64,000 bases of DNA from a virus (IMGVR_UViG_2547132108_000007:582-64581); one strand, 5' to 3'. Shown: positions 36,639-46,062, counted from the first letter of the stretch. Notes: generated from the sequence alone by a model not told the origin. Program-made: numbers and translations.

Positions 36639-36704
36639 ATGAATATAAACGGTATGCGATAACGAATAACGGCCGACGGGCCTTAAACGCAGGAGGTATG
36701 CAGG

Positions 36705-36884
36705 ATGATAAAAGGCGAATGGGTTAGGGTTGTTGGAGACAGCGCATGGTGGGATCAATGTGGCGAAGTTGTCGAAGTTTACGACGAGGGATTCGTGAAA
36801 GTCCGTTTTTCTGTCTATGGGAACGACCGGATAGCGACTATATGGGCTAATTACCTTCGGCCTGAGCCTAAATCATTGTGGTAA
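36705..36884 (+). CDS. 59-aa KOW/SH3-like protein
   Basis: GGAGG RBS; MIKGEWVRVVGD...GEVVEV. Confidence 0.55.
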   Translation: MIKGEWVRVVGDSAWWDQCGEVVEVYDEGFVKVRFSVYGNDRIATIWANYLRPEPKSLW

Positions 36885-36952
36885 GTGTTAAGCCGCGCCC
36901 AAACTGGCGGGAATACATCGTCGGCGGACGGTAAACGTGAGGAGGATCGGAC

Positions 36953-37147
36953 ATGGTTAATAAGTTAGTTGAAAAAGTGATTAACAGGCTCAGTGAAAAG
37001 GAATTTCAACACGAAATAATCGGAAACGTGATCCATACTCGTCTCTGCACAATAGAGGTATGGGGGTGGGAAATCACCGTCAATGAAAAGTCGGTCAAGT
37101 TGGAGGAAATGATCGCAGAAGTCATGCGTCACGAACAGCCCGCCTGA
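36953..37147 (+). CDS. Hypothetical protein
   Basis: GAGGAGG RBS. Confidence 0.55.
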   Translation: MVNKLVEKVINRLSEKEFQHEIIGNVIHTRLCTIEVWGWEITVNEKSVKLEEMIAEVMRHEQPA

Positions 37148-37194
37148 CGAGGCCCAAGCGGAACGGGCCGAAACCTACCGGTACAGGCGCATTT

Positions 37195-37221
37195 CCCGCT
37201 GAAAAACATCAGCGGGTTTTT
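37195..37221 (+). terminator. Rho-independent terminator
   Basis: CCCGCTGA-loop-TCAGCGGG-TTTTT. Confidence 0.7.
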
Positions 37222-37532
37222 GCGTTGTGTTGCAGCTCGTTCATAACCTCCCGCAAATGTCGCCCGATCTTTTCGGCAATCTGCGTCTTCGTTTCCTCGC
37301 GACTAATATCGATCTTTTCCGCCCGAATGCCGCGCTGCCGCATCTCCTTCCGAACAGCGTCCAGTTCGTTCGACAATCGGACGTGTATCACCTTCGCGGC
37401 CGCAATATGTAGTCGTCGGATTATATCGCTTGAGGTGGAAAGCGTCCGGGCCTCATTTTCAATCTTGGTCAGCGCCTTCGGTATTAAAACGGAATCGCGA
37501 AGCAGATCTTCATTTGTCGCCGTTTGATTCAT
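37209..37532 (-). CDS. Hypothetical protein, paralog of 62865-63311
   Basis: GGGGTG RBS at ATG 37532; shared VLxP...L..ExxAxRKxxR pattern. Confidence 0.6.
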   Translation of the reverse strand: MNQTATNEDLLRDSVLIPKALTKIENEARTLSTSSDIIRRLHIAAAKVIHVRLSNELDAVRKEMRQRGIRAEKIDISREETKTQIAEKIGRHLREVMNELQHNAKTR

Positions 37533-37545
37533 CGGAAACACCCCG

Positions 37546-37869
37546 TCATTTCCCATATATGTCGCGGCACTCGTCCTTTGTGATTCCCTGCCGATATACG
37601 TACTTCCCATCACACCATGCGTACTTTTTGCACTCTCCGTCTTCGATAACTCGGACCGCCGCCAGCCCGTCCGGGACGTCCTCCAGCCGTTGAAAATAGT
37701 TTTTTTCGCGGTAGTGGCAGAGCACCGACCACCACGTCCACACACGTTTCCAACGCGGTTGTACGCGCACATCCTCGACCGTCCACTGGCCGAACTGGTC
37801 CGGATATTTTTCGTGAAGATATTTCAGAACGTAGTTGTTTATTTCCGTATCAAACGACAACGAACTCAA
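37546..37869 (-). CDS. Hypothetical protein
   Basis: ORF in operon with the yolD-like gene. Confidence 0.5.
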   Translation of the reverse strand: MSSLSFDTEINNYVLKYLHEKYPDQFGQWTVEDVRVQPRWKRVWTWWSVLCHYREKNYFQRLEDVPDGLAAVRVIEDGECKKYAWCDGKYVYRQGITKDECRDIYGK

Positions 37870-38098
37870 CTCCGGTTACGTCCGCGAAATTGATCAGCAT
37901 CCAACCACGTTCCAGTTCCAGTTTTACATATCGTTGGTCCACCATATCCGCTACGATACCGGTGGTTTGACGATATTCTCGCCCGTCGAAAAAAGTGACT
38001 GTCACTTCAAGCGTATTTGACCGTGACGCGCGCAGCCGACCGAAAATTTCACGTTGTTGTTCGTCTGTCAATTTTTCCGCGGTATGTACGGTATTCAT
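37850..38098 (-). CDS. YolD-like protein
   Basis: VTVTFFDG...TTGIV...INFADVTGVE; SOS box upstream. Confidence 0.7.
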   Translation of the reverse strand: MNTVHTAEKLTDEQQREIFGRLRASRSNTLEVTVTFFDGREYRQTTGIVADMVDQRYVKLELERGWMLINFADVTGVEFVVV

Positions 38099-38122
38099 GG
38101 CGTCCGTCCTTCCGTAAAATGC

Positions 38123-38166
38123 GAATGTTTGTTCTTATTATAACGGTATCGACACGAAAATATCAA
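38123..38166 (-). promoter_or_regulatory. LexA (SOS) box and SigA promoter of the yolD-like operon
   Basis: Minus strand GAAC-AAAC-ATTC (one mismatch to GAAC-N4-GTTC) just downstream of TTGATA-18-TATAAT. Confidence 0.6.
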
Positions 38167-38212
38167 CGTAAATTTTCCATAACTTACCGCGGCAATGACG
38201 CTCACGAATCCG

Positions 38213-38404
38213 CTATAACGTTTCGGCCGGCGGGTATGCCGCTTTGAGTGCGTCGACCGTAGTGTACTTTTCCGTCTCGAAAACGAGCTTGGCTGGCGCC
38301 TTAGTCGTCGCGTTCTTGACGATGTGGCCGTAAAATTGACCGTTTTTAGCGAACACGAACATCGTTTTGTCCGGTTCGCTCGCTATCGTATATTTTTCGA
38401 TCAT
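38213..38404 (-). CDS. Small hypothetical protein
   Basis: GGAGGTG RBS. Confidence 0.6.
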   Translation of the reverse strand: MIEKYTIASEPDKTMFVFAKNGQFYGHIVKNATTKAPAKLVFETEKYTTVDALKAAYPPAETL

Positions 38405-38576
38405 TGCGCGGACACCTCCAAAATAAAATTCCTACATTAACTATTGTAAATTATTTAGAGTTACCTATAAAGTAGTCGATTATGCGGTATTACAATGTGA
38501 GAGGACGATTTTCAGCGGGGCCGACATGGCTTCCGCTTATTTGGCGTTTCCGAAAAATATGACGGAGGGTGATCGT

Positions 38577-39416
38577 TTGACAACGAAATTGGCGCGTGGC
38601 ATTAATCCGGAAACTGGCGAAATTGGGACGTTTGTACCTGACGGTGAGGGCTACGTCATCAGATCGGAGGAGCAGCGCGAGGCTGGGCGGAAGTACTTCG
38701 AGCGAGAACGCCGCATTGACTTCGGCCGTCGCGTAGACTTTACGTTTACAGCGATGGAGGCGATCGGCGAAGTTATCAGCGTACTTACAACGGCTCAGTG
38801 CGGCTTTCTTACGGTCCTTCAGTGTTACGTCAGCTACGATACGAACACGTTGGTAAACGCTGACCGAACGCCGATGACGACGACGGACATGCTCGAAGCG
38901 CTGAAGCTCGGCCGCAAACGGTCGACGTTCTACAACTTCCTAGCGGCCTGTACCGCGAACTCGATTATTACGGAAGAATCTGACGGTTCGTATACAGTAA
39001 ACCCGCGCTACCACTTCCGCGGCCAGGCACGCGACGTAAACGTCATCCGCACGTACACCGCTAAGATAAAGCAGACGTACAAGGACGCGAAACAGGCGGC
39101 GGATCTCGGCCTAATATACCGGATGCTGCCGTTTGTGAACTACGAGATTAACGCGCTATGTTCGAACCCGACCGAACGGGACCCGCGCAAGATCGAGTGG
39201 TTTAATCGAAAAGAACTAGCGACTGCGGTAGGCATTAGCGAGGCAGAACTGACGAAGCGCATTCGGCGGCTTACGGTAGGGAACGAGTACGTCATCGCCA
39301 GGATTGCGGTGGGCGGCGAGACCAAGTACATGTTCAATCCGCACGTGTTCAAGCGCAACAAGCGGCAGCTAAACGATACCGAACAAGCGATGTTTAATGT
39401 GAAGTATCGCGGGTAA
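38577..39416 (+). CDS. RepL-like replication/HTH protein
   Basis: LTTAQCGFL...MTTTDMLEAL...YTVNPRYHFRG; second HTH and YMFNP; GGAGGG RBS at TTG 38577. Confidence 0.55.
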   Translation: MTTKLARGINPETGEIGTFVPDGEGYVIRSEEQREAGRKYFERERRIDFGRRVDFTFTAMEAIGEVISVLTTAQCGFLTVLQCYVSYDTNTLVNADRTPMTTTDMLEALKLGRKRSTFYNFLAACTANSIITEESDGSYTVNPRYHFRGQARDVNVIRTYTAKIKQTYKDAKQAADLGLIYRMLPFVNYEINALCSNPTERDPRKIEWFNRKELATAVGISEAELTKRIRRLTVGNEYVIARIAVGGETKYMFNPHVFKRNKRQLNDTEQAMFNVKYRG

Positions 39417-39426
39417 GCGTGCGAAG

Positions 39427-39694
39427 AACGTGTGCTTATTTGGACAAATCGGCCAAAAACGTGTGCTTATTTGGACAACGAAAAATGGCGTTGCGGCCAG
39501 TCGTGGCGCGGGATCTCGGCGTTTTGGGTGCGAAATTATATATTAGTCTTATGGCGTTTACTTGCCGCTTGAATACGTGGGACACCGAATGTCCCGTTCG
39601 GAATACGACATAGTTGGTGGGCGTAACTGTTCGGAATACGACATAGTTGCGAAACCTGCGAAGCCTTGCGTAGCGCGGGATTCCGGCGTTTTGG
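39427..39694. repeat. Two composite iteron-like units
   Basis: AACGTGTGCTTATTTGGACAA x2 (39427, 39458); GTTCGGAATACGACATAGTTG x2 (39596, 39629); each pair followed by GCGCGGGATYYCGGCGTTTTGG (39506, 39673). Confidence 0.85.
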
Positions 39695-40116
39695 AGAAAA
39701 TTTTCTCTTAAGGGATTTTGCACTTTTAAAAATACGCTAAATCGCGCTGATAAAATCGAAGAACATAACCCATTACACTCGTCCGGACAAGAACGGCCCG
39801 TCCTCGTGTAGCTATTATTTATGACGCCAATATTTAACGAGTCTAAGACCGGCGTTAAGTATAGTAGCTACAGGACGGCCGCGGTTTCCGGCCCGGACTG
39901 TGCAAGGAGCGAAGCGACGCGTTAGGGCCCTTAAGTTCCCCGCGGAATTTTAAAATTCCACGTGAACAAACGTTATTTTAACGCTACTACCTATAAAAAC
40001 GCTCCGTATGCGGTACTACGTTATGAGAGACGTGTTACCTTGCGTCAGAGCCACGTAAATTAGCACTACTATAATTAGAAGCGTTTTTATAACGCTCGGG
40101 TTACGGAGGGGAACGG

Positions 40117-40290
40117 ATGATATCGGTATTAATCGTCTGGGCGGCGTTAAGTGCTGTATCCATTGCGCTATACATTAACGTTAATGCGCGTAAATCAAGA
40201 GCGCAGACTATAGCGCTAATCGCCGCGTTTCCTGCGTTGTATCTAGCGCTCAGGTATGTGCTGAAGGATAGCGGATGGTACATACGGTAG
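40117..40290 (+). CDS. 57-aa two-TM membrane protein
   Basis: GGAGGGG RBS; MISVLIVWAALSAVSIALYI... Confidence 0.55.
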   Translation: MISVLIVWAALSAVSIALYINVNARKSRAQTIALIAAFPALYLALRYVLKDSGWYIR

Positions 40291-40892
40291 GGTGACGGAG
40301 GGGAGCGTATCGGGTCGTTGCAGGAGCGAGCGAGAACGTGTATGAGCGTACGATTACGGGATGGGCGCTTCCCACCGGAAGAGGCCGCCAAACTCACGGG
40401 GGTCGGCGGTTCTCGGCGTGTATAAACGCTGCATACGACCGGCCTCGGCGCGTGAATATACGCTGTATAGAGCGTCAGTACGCCCGTTAACTGACGCAAA
40501 CACTACGTAATGTGCTGACGTGACAAACCGCATAATGGCGCGGATTTTGCGATTCGTGTATACCGCATGCAAGCACGTGAATAAACGATGTATAACCGTA
40601 CGAAAGTAGCGAACGCGAGATGCCGCGTGGTTGCGCGGTTCTTGACGGGTGTCAAGGTAAAATACATGACCACAAAACTGCGGATTTTATACATATGTGC
40701 CTGAATATCATATACAGCGGCCTTATGTATGAAAATGCATGAAAACGTATGAATATGCGCTTTATCGCGGTGAAGCGCCGAAACCCCCAAGCGGGGTAGC
40801 GCAGGCCCTCCGACAGCCGTTCGCAATTAGCGCACAATTTTTCGAACTCGGGGCGTAATTTGGCGGAGCTAACCACGTCCGCGCACGCCTTA

Positions 40893-40983
40893 TTTTCAAC
40901 GTAATAAGCACGCCAAATCAAGCGCGTTCGTGCCTTTCGTATTCCCGTACGGTAAGACGCGCTTTTTCTACGTAATAAACACG
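40893..40983 (+). promoter_or_regulatory. 20-bp direct repeat upstream of terS (candidate late promoter pair)
   Basis: TTTTCAACGTAATAAGCACG (40893) and TTTTCTACGTAATAAACACG (40964). Confidence 0.45.
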
Positions 40984-40997
40984 GAAGGAGTGACGCT

Positions 40998-41441
40998 ATG
41001 TCTAACGCAAAGAAACGCGCGCTTGAGGCGAAGCTTGACGGCCGCCAAAAAGTTGCTGCCCTAGCGTGTGTCGAACGCGAATTCGCGGAAACGGAGAACC
41101 GTCCGGGCTTTGACGAGATCGCGGACGAGGTCGGCGTCAGCCGAAAAACGTTATGGCAATGGCGGACGCAGTCGAAAGCGTTCATCGAGTACGTAAATTT
41201 GCTTGCGGACGACTTTCTCGAATCGAAACGGACGCTTGTTTACCGCCAGCTCATGCGGTTGATCGAAGGGCCGCAACCGTCCGTCAAGGGTATCGATCTT
41301 TACTTGCGCCGCCACGGCTTGTTGACGGAACGATCCGTCGTAGAGACGAAAGAAGCGGGCGGCTCACGCGATTCGTCCGATATTGCTTCGGAACTGGCGG
41401 AGCTGGACGACCTATTAGCGGCCGAGGACGAAGAAAAATAA
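40998..41441 (+). CDS. Terminase small subunit-like HTH protein (phBC6A51-like)
   Basis: DEIADEVGVSRKTLWQWR HTH directly ahead of terL. Confidence 0.75.
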   Translation: MSNAKKRALEAKLDGRQKVAALACVEREFAETENRPGFDEIADEVGVSRKTLWQWRTQSKAFIEYVNLLADDFLESKRTLVYRQLMRLIEGPQPSVKGIDLYLRRHGLLTERSVVETKEAGGSRDSSDIASELAELDDLLAAEDEEK

Positions 41442-41456
41442 CGGAGGTGGCTACGC

Positions 41457-43214
41457 TTGTCCTATGTCTCTGAACGCTGGCTTTCGCGCGACGAACGGGC
41501 CGAGCGTATTTCACTCATAACGGAGCGGGCACGGAAGCTAAAAGCGCTCGTTGACAGCGGCCGTGCAACGGAATACCACATCGACATGCTCCGCCAGGAC
41601 ATCGTGGAATTAAAGCGGCTGAAACGGATTCACCGGGCGGAAGTTGACGTCGCGTATTTTACGTACGAGTACCTCTCTGACGCCGGCAATCCGGAGAACG
41701 AAGATAACATCGTCCGCCACGGCGAGGACGGGATTTTACACGATCCAATCGAAGAAATCGCGCCAATCCACCGTGAATTCTTCGACTTGTGCGACCACGT
41801 CAACGATAAAGAACGTAATGCCCGTTTAGCGATCGCGGCGGCGCGGGGCCATTCGAAGTCCGGTATGTTCTCGAACGCGTTTCCGTTGCATCAAACCGTT
41901 TACCGGCGTCGGCGCTACATACTCGTCATATCCGAAACAGACACGCTGTCTAAGAAGCTTATCGGGTGGGTCAACAAGCAGCTCAAATACAACGCGAAAC
42001 TCCGAGAAGACTTCGGACCGCTGCTTTTCGAGCGCAACACGCAGAACGAAAAGGACAACGAAGAGGCGTTTATCACCGCGTCAAACACGCTCGTCGAGGC
42101 GTCATCGTCCGGCAAGCAGCTCCGCGGCAAGCGTCACGGCTCATACCGGCCGGACCTCGTTATCGTGGACGATCCGTCTTCGCAAAACAACGAAGGCACG
42201 AAGGAAGCGCGCGAAAAGCTCGTACACTGGTTCAACTCCGTCGTGGTGCCGATCGGGACGAAGTCGACCGCGATAGTCCTCGTCGGAACGATGGTGAGCG
42301 CGACTGGTCTGTTGAATCACGTGCTCAAACGTAAGGACTTCCGCTCATCGTTTCATGGCGCGGTCATTCACGAACCGGACAATCCGAAGTTGTGGGACGA
42401 ATACTGCGAAGTTTACGCGCGGGCCGACGACATCGCGGAAGCTGACGCGTTTTACGAAGCCAATCGCGAAGCACTCGAAGCCGGCGTCGTACTCGCGTGG
42501 CCGTGGCGCTGGACGTACCGGTCGCTCATGCACGAAAAGGTCAACATGGGAACGCGTGCCTACAATTCGGAGTTCCGTAATCTGGCGTTCTCTGAAGACG
42601 AACAGTTCTTCTTTCCGGAGAATTTCGCCTATTACCGATACGAGTACGACAGCGCCGGCCGAAAGTACATTCGCTACGAGGATCTCCGAGTCCCGGTCGG
42701 TGAATTGACGATTAGCGGGGCGTGGGATATCGCGCAAGGAAAGAACTCGCGCTCGTGCTATAACGCAGTGCTGACCGTCGGGCGCTACGAAAAGACCGGC
42801 CACATTTTCGTTCTTGACGAGTACGCGTCGAAAGAGCAGCCGCACGTTTACATTGATCTTATCGTCAAGAAAATCCGCGAATGGCGTCATAACGTCTTCT
42901 CTGTTGAAACGATCAACGCACAGCACGAATTCTACCGGCAGCTACAGGAAGCGCTACGGAAGGCCGGCGTAATCAGAACGAGGCTCAACGACATCAAATC
43001 GCACAAATCCGCGAAGGAGGAGCGCATTGAGTCGCTTGAGCCTCTTTGTCATAACCGTACGCTCGTTTTCAACCGGTCCCATACGATGCTTCTCGACCAG
43101 ATGGCGCAGTATCCGCACGGCGATTACGTTGACTCAATTGACGCGCTTCAACTTGCGGTCGAGAACGTCGCCAGGGCGAAGAAAGCACTACGCAACAAGC
43201 CGGAGTGGCTATAG
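41457..43214 (+). CDS. terL: Terminase large subunit
   Basis: AARGHSKS Walker A, VIVDD Walker B, VLVGT, WDIA...DSIDAL nuclease motifs. Confidence 0.9.
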   Translation: MSYVSERWLSRDERAERISLITERARKLKALVDSGRATEYHIDMLRQDIVELKRLKRIHRAEVDVAYFTYEYLSDAGNPENEDNIVRHGEDGILHDPIEEIAPIHREFFDLCDHVNDKERNARLAIAAARGHSKSGMFSNAFPLHQTVYRRRRYILVISETDTLSKKLIGWVNKQLKYNAKLREDFGPLLFERNTQNEKDNEEAFITASNTLVEASSSGKQLRGKRHGSYRPDLVIVDDPSSQNNEGTKEAREKLVHWFNSVVVPIGTKSTAIVLVGTMVSATGLLNHVLKRKDFRSSFHGAVIHEPDNPKLWDEYCEVYARADDIAEADAFYEANREALEAGVVLAWPWRWTYRSLMHEKVNMGTRAYNSEFRNLAFSEDEQFFFPENFAYYRYEYDSAGRKYIRYEDLRVPVGELTISGAWDIAQGKNSRSCYNAVLTVGRYEKTGHIFVLDEYASKEQPHVYIDLIVKKIREWRHNVFSVETINAQHEFYRQLQEALRKAGVIRTRLNDIKSHKSAKEERIESLEPLCHNRTLVFNRSHTMLLDQMAQYPHGDYVDSIDALQLAVENVARAKKALRNKPEWL

Positions 43215-43239
43215 CGACAAACAAACGGAGGGTTCACGC

Positions 43240-43353
43240 ATGAAGAAAACCGCAGCAACGATCGTATCCAACGTTTCCCACGGCATCGCGGTACTGTTCC
43301 GCAGATTCGGAAAAGGCGGTATTGGCGAAATCAGCGCGCCATCAGACTTTTAA
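43240..43353 (+). CDS. agrD: AgrD-like propeptide 2 (37 aa) MKKTAATIVSNVSHGIAVLFRRFGKGGIGEISAPSDF
   Basis: GGAGG RBS; gap-free alignment to propeptide 1 with F20, K25-G-G-I-G-E-I31, A33-P34, F37 identical. Confidence 0.8.
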   Translation: MKKTAATIVSNVSHGIAVLFRRFGKGGIGEISAPSDF

Positions 43354-43371
43354 TAAACGGAGGTTTTCGTA

Positions 43372-43614
43372 ATGCAAGGTTTCATCGCGAAAGACCCGTT
43401 CAGCGGAACGGCAAATATGGACAAAAAGCTTAGCGATGTCATGACGCACCTCGTTATCTCAAACGACGGCAGCGCTGACCTAACGTTTACTGCCGGAAAT
43501 TTCACGTTGACACTTCCGGCGGGCGAGATTTTTGACGAACGGATCGACCCGTTTATGTCCTTGAACGTTATCGCAACGGGTAAGTATCACGGGTACTGTA
43601 GAGCGCGAGCTTAA
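43372..43614 (+). CDS. Small hypothetical (beta-rich) protein
   Basis: GGAGG RBS; between terL and portal. Confidence 0.6.
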   Translation: MQGFIAKDPFSGTANMDKKLSDVMTHLVISNDGSADLTFTAGNFTLTLPAGEIFDERIDPFMSLNVIATGKYHGYCRARA

Positions 43615-43642
43615 ACGAGATTAGACGGAAGGAGGCGCTAAT

Positions 43643-45232
43643 TTGGCGAAACTATTCGAACCCAACGCCCAGTTTCCGCCACGTCGCGATATCGAACGGC
43701 TCGCCAAGTACGCCCGCGGCCGTAAAATATTCGAGGGGAAGCCTGCGGAAGTATACGAACGGGCTTCGGAGATTTTGAGAGGCACACCATTTACGAAGCA
43801 ATTACGGCAACTCTACATCGCGGTGAACCTTATGGACGCGCTATTGACGAAGCCGGCTGACTTGCTTGTTGGTGAGGCGCCAACGTACGAAAGCGGCCTG
43901 CCTGACGCAAGCCCGCAGCAACGCGCAATCAACCGGGTCGTTGAGGAAAACGATCTCAATCAAACGGTACATGAGATTACGATAGGCGGAGGTTATCGCG
44001 GTGACTCGTGGCTGAAGACGTACTACGCCCCGCGCGTCGATTTTAGCGAGGTAAGGGCGGCCGGCTACGATTTTGACGAGCCTATGCCCGAACCGATTAT
44101 CGAAGCGGTCGACGCTGCGTGCGTTTTTCCGGAGATGTCGCGCGGCAGCCGGAAACGGTTTCGGGCCGTAAATATCGCGTACGTCGAGTGGGTGACGGTT
44201 ACGAAGTTGCCGGGTATCGACCGGTACCTTTTAAAGAAAGAGGACCGCGTCTACGAAGAACCGTACCTTGTTGTCGAGCGACATTTGCCGGGCTATATCG
44301 TACATGAGCGTTTTAAACTCATTTCAAACGGTTACGATGACCGATTCGACATTCCGATCCGGGTGTATATGATTGGTGAGCAGGTACCGACCGGACGGAG
44401 CGAAGACGTAATCAAAACGGGCGTGCCACACATTCTCGTTCACCACGTCCCCTACAAGACTGTAGACGACACGTGGGAAGGGATCAGCGGCATTGAGAAG
44501 CTTGAATCGATATTGGCGGCGATAAACGACCGGCTCGTCCAGATCGACTATATTCTGTGGAAGCATTCCGACCCAACAGCGTACGGCCCCGAAGTTGAAA
44601 TTGAGGGCGATGCGGACGGGTCTATTCGTTTTGGCGGGAAGTACATACCCGTCACAAAGGACGACGTTGCACCCGGGTACATGACGTGGGATTCGCAGCT
44701 TGACGGCGCGTTTAAGGAGCTTGACATTCTCCTCGGCCTCGTATATCAGATTTCGGAAACGCCGCAGTGGCTTTTCGGTACAACACTGGCCGAGGACAAA
44801 GGCGGTAGCGGTACGTCACATACGGACGGCAACGCAATCAAGGCGCGGTTCATGCCGATTCTCTCGAAAGTCAAACGTATCCGGGTCCACGTTGACCGAG
44901 CGATCCGTGACGCAATTTGGTCTGCGCAACTCCTCGAAAACTTCGCGAACGAGGGCGTAGACGGGTTTGAGCCGTATGAGCCCGTATATCCGAAAATAAA
45001 CTGGCGCGACGGCATCCCGAAGGACGAAAAAACCGAGGCGGAAGTGTTCCAGATTCGGACGGGCGGCCAGGCGACGCTCGACGTTAAATCCGCTATTAAG
45101 CGTATGGACGGCGTTGACGACGAACAGGCCGACGCGATCATTCAACGGATTTCGGCGGACGAGACCCGTGTGAATGGAACGGTTGATTCGACGGTATTTA
45201 ACGGCGGGTCCAGCGCGGGAGGTAGCGGATAA
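43643..45232 (+). CDS. Portal protein (SPP1 gp6-like)
   Basis: Size, position, INDRLVQIDYILWKHSDP and SETPQWLFG segments. Confidence 0.85.
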   Translation: MAKLFEPNAQFPPRRDIERLAKYARGRKIFEGKPAEVYERASEILRGTPFTKQLRQLYIAVNLMDALLTKPADLLVGEAPTYESGLPDASPQQRAINRVVEENDLNQTVHEITIGGGYRGDSWLKTYYAPRVDFSEVRAAGYDFDEPMPEPIIEAVDAACVFPEMSRGSRKRFRAVNIAYVEWVTVTKLPGIDRYLLKKEDRVYEEPYLVVERHLPGYIVHERFKLISNGYDDRFDIPIRVYMIGEQVPTGRSEDVIKTGVPHILVHHVPYKTVDDTWEGISGIEKLESILAAINDRLVQIDYILWKHSDPTAYGPEVEIEGDADGSIRFGGKYIPVTKDDVAPGYMTWDSQLDGAFKELDILLGLVYQISETPQWLFGTTLAEDKGGSGTSHTDGNAIKARFMPILSKVKRIRVHVDRAIRDAIWSAQLLENFANEGVDGFEPYEPVYPKINWRDGIPKDEKTEAEVFQIRTGGQATLDVKSAIKRMDGVDDEQADAIIQRISADETRVNGTVDSTVFNGGSSAGGSG

Positions 45233-46062
45233 TGGCGGTCATCCCCGAAACGGACTACGAATACGAAATCGCCCGCCTAGTCGACGCCTACAAGAACGCA
45301 GCCGGCCGCATTCAGCGCGAGCTCGAACGGCTGGACCTCGCCGGTTTGTCGCGCGCGAACGCCCAGGTTGCGCTTTCCGAAGTCAGCCGTGTTTTGGCGT
45401 CACTGAACGATGAGTCGGCGGAGTGGGTTGCCGCCAACATACCGCAGGCGGCGCGCGACGGCGTGGCTCGTACGCTTGTAGCGCTTGGTGCCGCGGACAC
45501 GGTCGAACAAGCGGCAGCGGTCGTAAAGTTCAACCGGATTAACGCCAATATGGTAGCGGCAGCCGTGGCGGACACGCAGGCGGATCTACTCGCGGTCACG
45601 CAAAACGTCGATCGACGGGTTCGGGCGGCGGTACGTAAGGTTATTGCGGATTCCATGCGCGCGAACATGGCGGCGGGGATTAGCGGGCGGCGTACGATCA
45701 GCGCGGATATACTCGGCGGACTACGAAAGACGCTCGGTGACGCAGTCAATACCGGCATTATTGACGCGGCCGGCCGACGTTGGAAACCGGAAGTATACGT
45801 CGATACGGTGGTGCGTACAAAAATGGCGGAGACATACCGCGAGGCTACGACGAATGAAGCAATTCAGCGCGGAGCCTACTACGCCGTGATTTCGAGGCAT
45901 GGCGCGAAAGACGCGTGCGCGAATTGGGAAGGACGTATCATCAAGTTATCGGCGGACGCACCGGGCGATTACCCGACGTACGATTCCGCGAAAGCAACGA
46001 GGCAAATATGGCATCCGAACTGTCGCCATACGTTCACTCCCGTTCGCGTTCCGGAAAAATGA
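45232..46062 (+). CDS. Minor capsid / head morphogenesis protein
   Basis: ISRHG...CANWEG...HPNCRH motif. Confidence 0.8.
   Translation: MAVIPETDYEYEIARLVDAYKNAAGRIQRELERLDLAGLSRANAQVALSEVSRVLASLNDESAEWVAANIPQAARDGVARTLVALGAADTVEQAAAVVKFNRINANMVAAAVADTQADLLAVTQNVDRRVRAAVRKVIADSMRANMAAGISGRRTISADILGGLRKTLGDAVNTGIIDAAGRRWKPEVYVDTVVRTKMAETYREATTNEAIQRGAYYAVISRHGAKDACANWEGRIIKLSADAPGDYPTYDSAKATRQIWHPNCRHTFTPVRVPEK

Larger units (their letters stand above)
36295..36667. promoter_or_regulatory. Four copies of a 14-bp palindromic operator around the XRE gene
   Basis: ATACGATATCGTAT 36295, ATACGATATCGCAT 36579, ATGCGATAACGTAT 36622, ATGCGATAACGAAT 36654. Confidence 0.75.

Noticed and set aside
39427-39694. 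CRISPR array
   Set aside because: Only two copies of each repeat with 10-12 nt gaps; iteron-like, no spacer series
40101-40499. Minus-strand ORF in the pre-terminase region
   Set aside because: The + strand 57-aa ORF has a strong GGAGGGG RBS and membrane-protein character; the minus ORF has neither
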